Shown: positions 11,310 through 21,668 of the stretch, in pieces
Layout of the letters: each line of letters begins with the position of its first letter
How positions within the stretch are numbered: position 1 is the stretch's first letter
DNA from: Hamiltosporidium tvaerminnensis FI-OER-3-3
Lineage: Eukaryota > Fungi > Microsporidia
Reading direction: 5' to 3'
NCBI GenBank assembly: GCA_022605425.2
Contig: JAKIMF020000011.1
Span: 937,065 to 1,001,064, forward strand
Length of the DNA stretch: 64,000 nucleotides
The notes under the pieces: model-generated
Seen by the model: the letters and a program-made list of their open reading frames with translations, nothing else
Databases searched by the model: none
Told to the model about the DNA's origin: nothing
Position numbers and translations under genes: made by a program

Positions 11310-14300
11310 TTAATTATAATAAATATACCTCTTTAACCTTTCTAACATATCAACAACCCATAACTCTAATTTACAATTACAACGCATCTCTTCAAGAAAA
11401 ATAAAAGCTTCTTTTTTTCTATCAAAATCACACAAACACTTAAAAATATAAAAATACTTTTCACACATCCACTCATTAAAACACCTACTACACAGAAACA
11501 GCCGTACAGCTTTTCGAGCAATACCAATCATTCCATCTACATCTTTAACATGTTTATACACACTAAACTTATACTCTAAATCTAAAACTGTTTGATCTGT
11601 TTCTCCTCGCATAGGTATATCTAAAGAAGTATTGTATATAGAATTGTACATACTTTCTAATTGTATCCAACTTTTCATATTTCGATCGTAAAAAAAATGT
11701 AAAAATTTATTTTTTATTTTGTATTTCGCCACCAAAAAATACTTTTTGTCCAAATTTAAACCAATCAAAATACCGTTAAAAGGTAAATTGTCTCGAATTA
11801 TATTTTTCTTCTTTTTCAAATTCCAAACCTTAAAAATAGAATCTACACATAAAACAACCAAATACACATCTGAACAGTCACACATAACAACCTCAGACAC
11901 TGCAATACACGGAAATATTAAAATACCAGAAACAGTAGAATATATAAAAATAGAAGAAGAAATAGAATCAACAGAGTGGATATTATCAGTTGTATCATTG
12001 GTTGTATTTGTTTTATCAGTTTTAATATTATTTGAATTTATAGTTTTATCAGTTGATTTATCAGTTGTTTTATCAATTTTATTGTCAATAGTATTATTAT
12101 CAGTTGTATTTGTATTATTAATGGTTTCATAGAGATTTACACTTTTACCTCTCTCCTTACCATTACTACCCCAATCCTTATCATCCTCATTATTTCTTAT
12201 ATCTGTTACAATTTTAAATTCATTTTTATTTCCAACAATACGACTCACAACAACAAAATACTGTTTATTAAAACAAACATGACTAATCAATTCACTTTCA
12301 ATTTCATAAAAAATATTTTCATTTTTCCACACACAAAAAGAACTTAAAGTTGGTAAATTTTTAACTTCAATTCTATATTCACCAATACTTTTTGTTATTT
12401 TAGGTACCACTTTACTAGTTTCATAAAAATTATTTTTTTTTGAAATAAAAATTGCTAGAAAAGACTCTTTTATAGAAGTAATAATACCTTGTGTTTTTAT
12501 GGTGGTATTGTCTTCTAATGGAGCAATCAAAATAGGTTTTATTCTTTTTCTTGGTAAAGTATTTTCATTCTTTGTTTCATCTTTTTTTATATCTTTTATA
12601 TCTTTTATATCTTTTGTATCTTTTATATCTATAGTTATTTCATTTTTAATTTCGTTATTTATCTCTTTTATTTTATTTAATTCATTTTTAAATTCATTTT
12701 TAATTTCGTTATTTATACCTTTAATTATTTCATTTTTAGTTTGATTTTTAATTTCGTTATCTATTTCATTTTTAATTTCTTTAATTTTAACTTTTTTAAT
12801 TTCTTTCTTAAATCCATTACTCTCTTCTTTCTTAATTCCAATACTCTCTTCCTTCTTATCTATATCTCCATCTATATTATCACTATATCTCCCAATTTCA
12901 TATGGAATTGTTTCTTCTACACTTTCTTTACATATCTTTTCTCCCAACTCATTCTCTTTAAACTCTATTCTTCTCAAATATCCATCATACGATACAAAAT
13001 ATAGAACATTACCATCACTTGACCAACACATATCTAATACAGGCTGGTGACTAACATTTTTTAATAAAACAAACGGTTTTTCATTTAACGAATTCCATAG
13101 AGAAATACTTTTATCTTGTGAAGCAACAGCAACAACATAATAAGGAAAAGAATCATCAATCTGTCCGTTATCTCCATTTCTCTGTTCTTTGATATTCTTA
13201 TTCCCATTTATCTGTCTCTTTGCTTCATTAATCTGTTCGTTACTCTTGCTCACTTCAATCTGTTCTTTGACATTCTTATCTTCTTCGATCTGATCCTTAT
13301 CTTCATTAATCTGTTCGTTACTCTTACTCACTTCAATCTGCCCCTTCACACTCTCATCAAAAGAAATCTCTCTTTTCACACTCTTACTTCCTTCTTCTAT
13401 CTCCCCACAATCCCTATTACCTAAAGTAATTTGCCCCTTCATAGCTTTATACACATACGGATTAAAACAAACTACCTCAATAGGTGCCACATGTCCTATA
13501 AAAGAAAACTCACTATTAAACTTACCAACCCCTAATACTTCTACACTATCACACTTATTGTTAAAACATAAACCAACACCCACATACTTACAATCCGGTG
13601 AAAAACTCATCCGACAAAAGAAAGACTCAATTACAGTTCCATAAAATATATCTTCTATAGTTTTAAAAACCACAATTTTTAGATTTTTTGTGATATTTCC
13701 TTTGATATTTCCTACGTTGTTTTTTGTGGTATTTCTTCTGTCATTTCCTATGTTATTTCCTATGTCATTTCTTACGTCATTTCCTATGTCATTTCTTACG
13801 TTATTTAATATTTTATAAATTATCAGTTTGTTTTCGTTTTGAATTAAAAAATATTTCGAATTTCTATCTACTGTAATACCTTTTATAGGATGTTTTACTT
13901 TTATAGAATAAATCAAATCAAAATTTCCTAATTTGTAAATATTTACCTTTAAATCACACCCACCTGTAAAAAGAAAATCGTTTGAAAATTCAAGTGAATT
14001 TACATCAGAAGAATGATGTTTAAATTTCTTAAAAAGTTTGTAGGAATTAAGATTATTATTAGTGTGGATATTAGCATGGTTATGCGTATGGTGTTCAGCA
14101 CGGTTATCCGTATGGTTGTTAGTATCTTTATTAGCATAGTTGTTAGTATCGTTGTCAGTATCTTTATTAGTATTATCTTTAGTATCTATATTACTCTCTA
14201 CATTACTACCTACTCTATTATCTAATTTACATCCTACTTTACTAATACTATTACATTCCTTATTACTATCCCCTACCTCACTCCTGCTCTCCTCTCTCAT

Positions 14301-14546
14301 CACACATACGTAATTATCATCACCACTCGTTACAAGATACTTATTATCATAACTAAACCTTACACATAAAACACTACCACTATGATTAACAATACTAACA
14401 CTCTTACTAAAATCTTTATTCCATATTTTTATTTCTCCATTTAGAGAAGAAGTAACGGTTATTCTTCTTATATTGGTTGCTACAGAAAATATAGAAAGTG
14501 GCTTGTTGTTGTAAATATGACATATTATTTTATTAGATATTATCAT
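11310..14546 (-). CDS. HIR1: Histone chaperone HIRA/Hir1 (WD40 + B-domain)
   Basis: HIRA-type WD40 repeats (HSGSVLCVRFS, FFCRMSFSPD, GHVAPIEVVCFNP, VASQDKSISLW...PVLDMCWSSDG), B-domain-like RKRIKPILI and a C-terminal Hira-like region. CCC upstream of ATG. Confidence 0.88.
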   Translation of the reverse strand: MIISNKIICHIYNNKPLSIFSVATNIRRITVTSSLNGEIKIWNKDFSKSVSIVNHSGSVLCVRFSYDNKYLVTSGDDNYVCVMREESRSEVGDSNKECNSISKVGCKLDNRVGSNVESNIDTKDNTNKDTDNDTNNYANKDTNNHTDNRAEHHTHNHANIHTNNNLNSYKLFKKFKHHSSDVNSLEFSNDFLFTGGCDLKVNIYKLGNFDLIYSIKVKHPIKGITVDRNSKYFLIQNENKLIIYKILNNVRNDIGNDVRNDIGNNIGNDRRNTTKNNVGNIKGNITKNLKIVVFKTIEDIFYGTVIESFFCRMSFSPDCKYVGVGLCFNNKCDSVEVLGVGKFNSEFSFIGHVAPIEVVCFNPYVYKAMKGQITLGNRDCGEIEEGSKSVKREISFDESVKGQIEVSKSNEQINEDKDQIEEDKNVKEQIEVSKSNEQINEAKRQINGNKNIKEQRNGDNGQIDDSFPYYVVAVASQDKSISLWNSLNEKPFVLLKNVSHQPVLDMCWSSDGNVLYFVSYDGYLRRIEFKENELGEKICKESVEETIPYEIGRYSDNIDGDIDKKEESIGIKKEESNGFKKEIKKVKIKEIKNEIDNEIKNQTKNEIIKGINNEIKNEFKNELNKIKEINNEIKNEITIDIKDTKDIKDIKDIKKDETKNENTLPRKRIKPILIAPLEDNTTIKTQGIITSIKESFLAIFISKKNNFYETSKVVPKITKSIGEYRIEVKNLPTLSSFCVWKNENIFYEIESELISHVCFNKQYFVVVSRIVGNKNEFKIVTDIRNNEDDKDWGSNGKERGKSVNLYETINNTNTTDNNTIDNKIDKTTDKSTDKTINSNNIKTDKTNTTNDTTDNIHSVDSISSSIFIYSTVSGILIFPCIAVSEVVMCDCSDVYLVVLCVDSIFKVWNLKKKKNIIRDNLPFNGILIGLNLDKKYFLVAKYKIKNKFLHFFYDRNMKSWIQLESMYNSIYNTSLDIPMRGETDQTVLDLEYKFSVYKHVKDVDGMIGIARKAVRLFLCSRCFNEWMCEKYFYIFKCLCDFDRKKEAFIFLEEMRCNCKLELWVVDMLERLKRYIYYN

Positions 14547-14857
14547 AGTAAAAAGGGTTTGTAAGAGAAATATTTATAGAAAGGAATATTAAAAAATAAA
14601 TGAAAATTGGATATATATTGCTATATTTATGTAGATTTTGATATATTTGAATGTATTTTGATTTTGATATATTTATTTAAATTTAGATATATTATTTTGA
14701 TTTTGATATATTTATTTAGATTTTAGATTTTTATTTAAATTTTGCTATATTTTTGAGATATTTAGAAATATTTGATATATTTTTGAGATATTTTAGATAT
14801 TTAGACATATTTTGATATATTTAGACACATTTTGATATTTAGATATTCTTATTTAAA

Positions 14858-15080
14858 GGTATGAGCGTATAACCACATTAAAAACTATCTGCTTGGCAAT
14901 GAGTGTGTGAAATTGGTGTGAAAATAATTGTTGACATTTTGGTGGATTAAAACCATCCTAGGTATATAGGTCAATCCCATATAATCCCGAGTTATAACAG
15001 ATTAAAAGAAACAAATGTAAAAAAATTATTTGTTCATCCTCGACACCGAGAAGTGAAAGAGGACTGAACTAAGTATTTAT
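14858..15080 (+). mobile_element. Family B repeat: family A 5' head joined to a different body
   Basis: 14858-14958 matches the family A head (ATAACCACAT..CTGCTTGGCAATGAGTGTGTGAAA..GGTGG..AAAACCA). The body (ATAATCCCGAGTTATAACAGATTAAAAGAAA..TCCTCGACACCGAGA) matches the reverse complement of 52720-52810. Confidence 0.75.
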
Positions 15081-15300
15081 TTATTCGTATAGCGCTTTTT
15101 CTCCTCATAAAACATTTTTATATGCGACATGATGTATTAGACAATCTATTCGGTGTATTTCTTCTTAGATGTTTTTTTTTATTGAAAATCTTTTGATTTA
15201 AACAGGTATAAAATTTCATATTGTTCTAATAAATGTTTTATGCAATTTTATTGTGAATATAAATAAATTGAACATAAGAACGGTAAAAAAAAAGAAATTA

Positions 15301-15457
15301 TAAAAGAAGTATTACCTTGAGGTTATAATATTATTCAATGAAAAAGTATTACTTTGAGGTTTTTTTAGTAGAAAATTAAAAGAAGTATTACCTTGAGGTT
15401 ATAATAAATTCATAAAAAAGTATTACTTTGAGGTTTTTTTTGGTAGAAAATTAAAAA
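15301..15457. repeat. 76-bp tandem duplication with internal AAGTATTAC(C/T)TTGAGGTT subrepeats
   Basis: Units start at 15301 and 15377, with four AGTATTACyTTGAGGTT copies in total. Confidence 0.8.
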
Positions 15458-15842
15458 AATATATTTTTTAATTCTATTCAAACGACATACTAAATCTAGA
15501 ATTGAATTTTGAGAATATTTAATTCTAAATATTTTTTTTTAAAAAATAGAATCTTTCTAAGAGTTTCATATTCAACTTCTACTGACTATTATTGGTTATT
15601 TAGGATTTATTAACAAATCAAATGTGTTATATTCTTAATTAGAACACTCTTAATGATGTCTTGTATTATTTGGACCAATTAAACATTTCGAGGGGTGTCA
15701 TCTATCAGACATTACTGAATTATACAAATGATTAAATATATTTAACAAAATATATAAAATTAAAATAATCAATCCAAGCAATAATTCACTTAAATAGGAA
15801 AAAAAAATTTTAACCAAAAAAAATATAAAAAAACCCAATAAA

Positions 15843-16136
15843 ATGATTTGGACTAAAATAAAAAAAGATATTTTTATTAAAAAATTACAAAATGACGGTT
15901 ATACAATATCAGATGGAATAAAATACGGTGTGGATATTCTTGTTTATACAGGGAATATTGATGAATATCATGCTAAGTATGCTATATTGTTTTTTGATGA
16001 GCAATGTATTAAAGATATTGTGTCTGTACAACGTATATGTTCATCTGTTGGTAAAATTCTTGTGTTGGTCGATGAATCTTTTAATTTTTATGAAGTTGAA
16101 AGATTTAATGCACAAGAAAATAAAGAAATGAAATAA
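15843..16136 (+). CDS. tRNA-splicing endonuclease catalytic subunit (Sen34/Sen2-like), minimal
   Basis: GYTISDGIKYGVDILVYTG..EYHAKYAI and RICSSVGKILVL match the tRNA intron endonuclease catalytic domain with the Tyr/His/Lys triad. CCC lies a few nt before ATG. Confidence 0.85.
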   Translation: MIWTKIKKDIFIKKLQNDGYTISDGIKYGVDILVYTGNIDEYHAKYAILFFDEQCIKDIVSVQRICSSVGKILVLVDESFNFYEVERFNAQENKEMK

Positions 16137-16370
16137 ATTATAATTTTTTTGCAGAAAAAATAAAATTAGAATTTAGAAATATTTAAGAAGAAAGAAATAG
16201 AAAATAAAGAAATGAGAGAAATAAATTATAATTTAATTATAAAACAGGAAAATTAGAATTTAGAAATATTTAAGAAGAAAGAAATAGAAAATAAAGAAAT
16301 GAAAGAAATTATGATTTAATTATAAAACAAGAAAATGGAATTTAGAAATATTTTAGAAGAAAGAAATAAA
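16120..16370. repeat. ~85-bp tandem repeats derived from the endonuclease gene 3' end
   Basis: GAATTTAGAAATATTTAAGAAGAAAGAAATA occurs about three times, and GAAAATAAAGAAATG duplicates the last codons of the CDS. Confidence 0.75.
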
Positions 16371-16469
16371 AGATGAAAACATTAGAAATTAGGTAGTAAA
16401 TATAAAATTTATAAAACTCATAAACAAAATGCAAAACAAAAAAGATTACAAAACTAAAAGCAGATTTAA

Positions 16470-16664
16470 TCTAGAAAAATCTTAAATTCCAAAAAACTTA
16501 TCAAACACCAAAATCTTAATATTCTATCTGATAAATAACTAAAACAGTAACAGAAAAATCATGACATGACTTGAAAGAATAAAAAATTATTTTAAAATTA
16601 TATTTGTGAATTCTCAAAGGCTTTGTTTGAAAATAAATATAAATACGAACTATGTGAGATACAT
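16470..16664 (+). promoter_or_regulatory. Conserved upstream region of peptide gene 1
   Basis: TATCTGATA at 16525-16533 and TATAAATACG at 16638 (27 nt before ATG). Homologous to the regions upstream of 21492 and 26420. Confidence 0.7.
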
Positions 16665-16835
16665 ATGAATACTTTATATATCTTTTTATTTCCATTCTAT
16701 TTATTTTTTTCTCGTATTACATCACAGCTTGATATTAGAAATAGTAATTTTACAACACTTCCTGGTCACGGATATCCTCTAGAATATGCAGATAGAACCG
16801 GATTACCTGTAAAAGCACCTTATTTCACAAGATAG
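16665..16835 (+). CDS. Small secreted peptide, family member 1 (56 aa)
   Basis: MNTLYIFLFPFYLFFSRITS-QLDIRNSNFTTLPGHGYPLEYADRTGLPVKAPYFTR. Paralogous to 21492 and 26420; AATAAA ~20 nt after the stop. Confidence 0.8.
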   Translation: MNTLYIFLFPFYLFFSRITSQLDIRNSNFTTLPGHGYPLEYADRTGLPVKAPYFTR

Positions 16836-17630
16836 ATTGAATATTTCTTTTAATAATAAATTTTAGTCGTAAATATTTAAGTTTTATTTTTTTTAAAAAA
16901 ATTATTATATTCCTAAGCAAAATAGGTATAATCAAACGGTTTTATAAAAAAAAAAGAAGTAAGAAAATATAAGAAAGCTTTTTTATATAAAATATTTATT
17001 ACATAATAAAATAATAAAATAATAAAATAATTAATTTGAATAGTTTTCTATATTTTACTTATAAATTTTTATTTCGACGTATCTTCCATTTAATATTCAC
17101 AATATATTTTTAAGCAATGAATTTTTTTTGTATTGAAAATTTAAATAATAGAGATTTAAATGTAATTTATTTATAAATAATATTTCAATTTGAAAAGATA
17201 AAAATCACAATTAAAATAAATTAAATTTCATAACTGAAAAGGGAGATTATAATTTAATTTAATACATAAAATATTAAAATCTAAATTTTTATTTGCCTCT
17301 ATTATTAATTTAAACTAAATCTATGTTAATTAATTGATTAGTCTTTTTACGATTTATATATTTTTTTAAGATTTTAATAGTTTTTTTCCTAATATGTCTT
17401 AGATATATAAAGTTTGGAAGTTTTATGGTCAAAAATTCTAAATAAATTACTCCATCTTATGCCTGCTAGGGAGTGAATAAGAAAAATTCATCCACACGAT
17501 TTCTCAAATATAAGAAAGCCCTGTTCTTGATTCCATGGTTATTAAATGTACTTTAAACTTCTCATACTGTAGTTTTTAAATTAATGCACAAAAAAATAAA
17601 TTACTTCTTCATTGTATTTCCTTATTCGTA

Positions 17631-17810
17631 AATCTACTTATATCAATAATTGAAACAACCTAGGATATTATTCATTCTCAGCTAATTCGTTTAAAGTAAT
17701 TATCGTTTTTTTTAAATCTACTTATATCAATAATTGAAACAACCTAGGATATTATTCATTCTCAGCTAAGTCGTTTAAAGTAATTACCGTTTTTTTTATA
17801 TCTACTTATT
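17631..17810. repeat. 84-bp tandem duplication
   Basis: AATCTACTTATATCAATAATTGAAACAACCTAGG... occurs at 17631 and 17715. Confidence 0.9.
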
Positions 17811-19066
17811 TAATAAAAATAAAATATTTTTCTGTTTTTTTAATATTTGTATATTTGATTTAAATTAATCTTAAAAAAAATCTTTTATTGTTGCAAAATA
17901 ACTTTCTTATATTTTTTATTCTTATTCTTCTCATTACTGTTCTTTATATCTTACAATGAATTCAAAAGTTGGGAATTCATATCTTTTTTATTTACAACTT
18001 AATAATTCAGGCAGTTTTATTGTTGGTATTAAAGAAATTATTGTTTGTTTCATTTTAATTATCATAACCTTATTTAAATAAAAACTATTTTGTATTACAG
18101 CTCTAAACTCTATAAATATTTAAAACTGATCTATAAATCAATGAGTTACGGCATATAACACAATACTACACGCCAAGTAACTGCTCGAAATATTTTGTTA
18201 ATTCTTATTTTGGTATAAGTTTTTGAATTATGAATTAAATTATATTTAATAAAAAAAATAAACTTATTTCTATATTTAATTTACTATTTCAGTTTAGATT
18301 AGACTACTTGTATAAATTTAAATTCTAGAAAAGCCCCATGTATTTTTCTAGATAAGCTTCTTGAGTTGCAAAAATTTTATTTCTTGATCTCTGTGCCTAT
18401 TTTTTTAAAAATACTGGAAATTATGGCTTTTCTTAAGCATTTTTGACAGATTTAAAACAGTTGATGAACGAAAATATTAACTTTAAAATGTCTTTTTTAG
18501 AAAAGTTGTAGATTTGTCATAATTAATTTTCTTTATAATTACATTTATATTAATAATGAAAAAAAATTAAATTTAGTTTTAATTAAGGTCTCATAATCTT
18601 ATTATCATAGAAATTTTTTTTTAAATATAGAAAATTATTATAATTAATCTGATAATTAATATCTTAATCTTTAATAATATAAAATATAAATTAAGATATA
18701 ACTGTATAAGACTAGCCTTCGTGAGATCTAGCATTTTAACTTAAAATTGCTTAAGATAGTTTATGGGGTAGCATTAATATGTACTTTGTGCAAGCCAATA
18801 TCACACAGTAATTCGATATATTTATGATTAGTATTTCCTGCACCTAGCTTAAAATAAATAAAGCTTTGTACATTTGGATTTCAACTTGCATCTGTTTGAC
18901 GTATATATGGTTAAATATTGAACAATTTACTTAATATTGATTAAGAACAAAATATGTTTTCCAATTCTAAAGTAAATAATTTTAGATTTGAGTTCTATAG
19001 CCGATTTTATAAATGTTTAAGAAAAAATTATGGGAGCCACAAGTTTCTTAAAATTGATTATAATGA

Positions 19067-19796
19067 CTTTATTTAAAAGTATCACATCTTTTTAAAACAG
19101 TGGCAAGTATTATATTTGTTTTCATGACATTAACGCAGTTCTAGGTTTAACATAAATAACTGCTACCCCAAAACTCCATCAGTAACCCCTGCGATACCTA
19201 CGTCCCAAAGCCTTTCATTTACCAGGTATGTAGAACCTAAATAATAGGCGAGGCAGTTGCCCGGAGTTCGTTAATGTCCGTTGCATGGAGTGTGATCGAA
19301 GGCCGAAGCCCCCCCTGGGCTCCCCCAAGACTATGCAGCATTCCCACTTACTCTACACTTTCCGAACCCAATAAACTTCTAGCTAAGATATATTTCAGAG
19401 ATTTACATGGGGTCTACCTAGACAGTGCAATGTCATACCAACAGGTATAACCTGCTACTTAGCTCTCCCGGCTTTTAATGGGTTTTATTTTTATATCTCC
19501 CAGGCGCTAAGTCTTCTAACCCGAGTGAACAAGGCTAGGTTTCCATGCTTTTACATGGCAATTACCTACATGTTCAGCTGCGGTCTGCAATCTGGTTACA
19601 TAAAAAACTACAAATAAATTTGTAGAAAAAGTTTCTCCATTTCTTAGACCTCTCCTCCTCATAACAACTCCTATGGAACAACCGAAGATGTAGTGTGGTT
19701 TTATTCCCACCAAAAATCCAAACAATGATCTCACACCAGTTTCACACACTCATTGCCAAGCAGAAAGTTTTTTATGTGGTTATCCTCCCTCCACCT
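19067..19796 (-). mobile_element. Family A SINE-like repeat, reference copy with 13-bp TSD
   Basis: Flanked by perfect TTGATTATAATGA (19054-19066, 19797-19809). No terminal inverted repeats and no conserved long ORF. Confidence 0.93.
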
Positions 19797-19903
19797 TTGA
19801 TTATAATGATATTGATAGTTATAAATAAGATGGTGAGCTAAAATAATGATTTTTGTAGAGTTTAAACCGAATGGGTACGGTTTTATTGTTTTTAGTAGAA
19901 GAA

Positions 19904-19965
19904 TATAAGAGATATAAGAGATATAAGAGATATATGAGATATAAGAGATATAAGAGATATAAGAG
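19904..19965. repeat. (TATAAGAGA)n 9-bp minisatellite
   Basis: About 6-7 units visible. Confidence 0.9.
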
Positions 19966-21314
19966 TTATTCGATTATTTCATAGATTTTTTCATAGATTT
20001 TTTCAATATAGCAGTAAAAAACTTAAAATTTCAAATAATAGCATACTAATCAAGTCTGGTTATTTAAACATGAGCAAATCGTACATATCTTAGAATTTTT
20101 GCATATGTGTTTAACATTTTTATTTTTTCAAAATTCTACTATATTGTACGTTTCTTAACGAAAAAATATATAAAAATACTTACAGGTTATGGCTCTGATA
20201 TATTCTCTTTAAATATAATATCAAACCTACCTACATATCCTCTGAGGTTTGGCTGAAAAAACTCCGAATTTATTATCAAACTCATTTTCTGATATTTTAC
20301 CATAAAAATTCAATTCCTCTTTAATATTTTATCATCTGAGTTTTTCGATTACCCTTTGATGTATTTAAGTATTTTCGCGTAGCTTCTAAAGTTACAAAGT
20401 CTTTAAAAATATTTTAAAGTGTATATTACTTAACAATTACAAGTTATCTGATTAAAAAGTTCTGTTTTTTTCAGCCTCGAAATAATTTAAGGTTTCTTTA
20501 TTCTATCACTACATTTCAAATCATATTATTCTAAATCCTTGTGATTTTACACAATACTTTTTCATTTGGTTCCCATAAAATATAGCGTAGATCTATATAT
20601 AGCTTTGAATAGAGATATTCGATGGCATTTGCTTTCTATTGTCCTCGTATATTTTTTTCATCAGTTTCTATGCCAGGTAGCATGTCTTGTAAAAGCATGC
20701 AATTAAATATTTCAATTTAATGCTATAAAACCATTTTTCTCAACCGAAAATTACTTAAAACTGTTGAAATTTCAAAAAGAAGAGATTATTTGTTTTGGTG
20801 AAATTTTAAAAGGCTAAATCGGAACCTTAAAGGTTTATTGGCATCTAAATTCATACATAATCTTATATAGGTACGTGTTTAGTCCAAATAATCCTATATT
20901 GAAGTAAAAATATACATCATTAATAGATCGATCTTTATCTATACCTTTAGAATAAAAGCGAAGAATGTAAATCTAGAAAAAATAAAAATAGAATATTTTC
21001 TAATAATTATTAGAAGAAGAATATTTAACTATCAGTACTTTCTGGTTACTCCACGTCAACATTTATTTTGGTAAAGTCACGTATTATCACAGATTTTTCA
21101 ATGAATTAATTCCTTTTTCATTTTTAGAACGGCTTACAGACTAAATAGCAAGATACAGTGATTATAATGTAATAAGAATATAGATACAATTTAATTACCA
21201 AAAATAGAAGTAAAAAGCGTAAATTAGATATATAAAAATTTCGAAAATTAAAAAATATCAACTTAGTAATATAATCTGCTACAGATAAGAAACTAAAAGA
21301 AAAGTTACGATCTT

Positions 21315-21491
21315 TGGAAAATCTACAATTCCATAAAACTTATCAGTGCCAACAGTACCTTAATATTCTATCCGATAAGAAGCCAAAACGGTAGCGAAAA
21401 AATCAAAAAAATATATTTTAGCAGCAAAATATGTCAATTTACGTGTCTTGTTTGAAAATAAAAATATAAATACGAACTGAGTGTGATCTTT
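21315..21491 (+). promoter_or_regulatory. Conserved upstream region of peptide gene 2
   Basis: TATCCGATA at 21369-21377 and TATAAATACG at 21465 (27 nt before ATG). Confidence 0.7.
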
Positions 21492-21668
21492 ATGAACGCT
21501 TTATTTATCTTTTCACTATTTTTATACTTCTTCATTCCAAGAACTAAACCACAGCCTGATATTAGAAAAAGTAATTTTGGAGCTTTCCCTTATCCTGGAG
21601 ATCGATTTGATTATGCAGCCAGAGTCGGTCTACGCCGTGTTGACCCATTTTTAGGACGAGGAATATGA
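21492..21668 (+). CDS. Small secreted peptide, family member 2 (58 aa)
   Basis: MNALFIFSLFLYFFIPRTKP-QPDIRKSNFGAFPYPGDRFDYAARVGLRRVDPFLGRGI. AATAAA shortly after the stop. Confidence 0.8.
   Translation: MNALFIFSLFLYFFIPRTKPQPDIRKSNFGAFPYPGDRFDYAARVGLRRVDPFLGRGI

Noticed and set aside
19265-19362. 28S rRNA-like words in family A (minus-strand GTGTAGAGTAAGTGGGA; CATGCAACGGACATTAACG)
   Set aside because: Short matches, in the reverse order to that in LSU rRNA, with no flanking similarity.
19340-19420. Group I intron R/S-like words (AAGATATA, TTCAGAGA, AGACTA) in family A
   Set aside because: The order is wrong, there is no TAGTC partner to form P7, and the words are not conserved among copies.
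19514-19526. CTAACCC in family A as a telomerase template; TCGGGTTAG also at the telomere junction
   Set aside because: Only 7-9 nt, too short for a template with an alignment region, and on the inferred antisense strand. Probably chance.
19516-19749. Short ORFs within family A copies (also 36180-36383, 36498-36818, 23682-23930)
   Set aside because: Frames, starts and stops are not conserved between copies.
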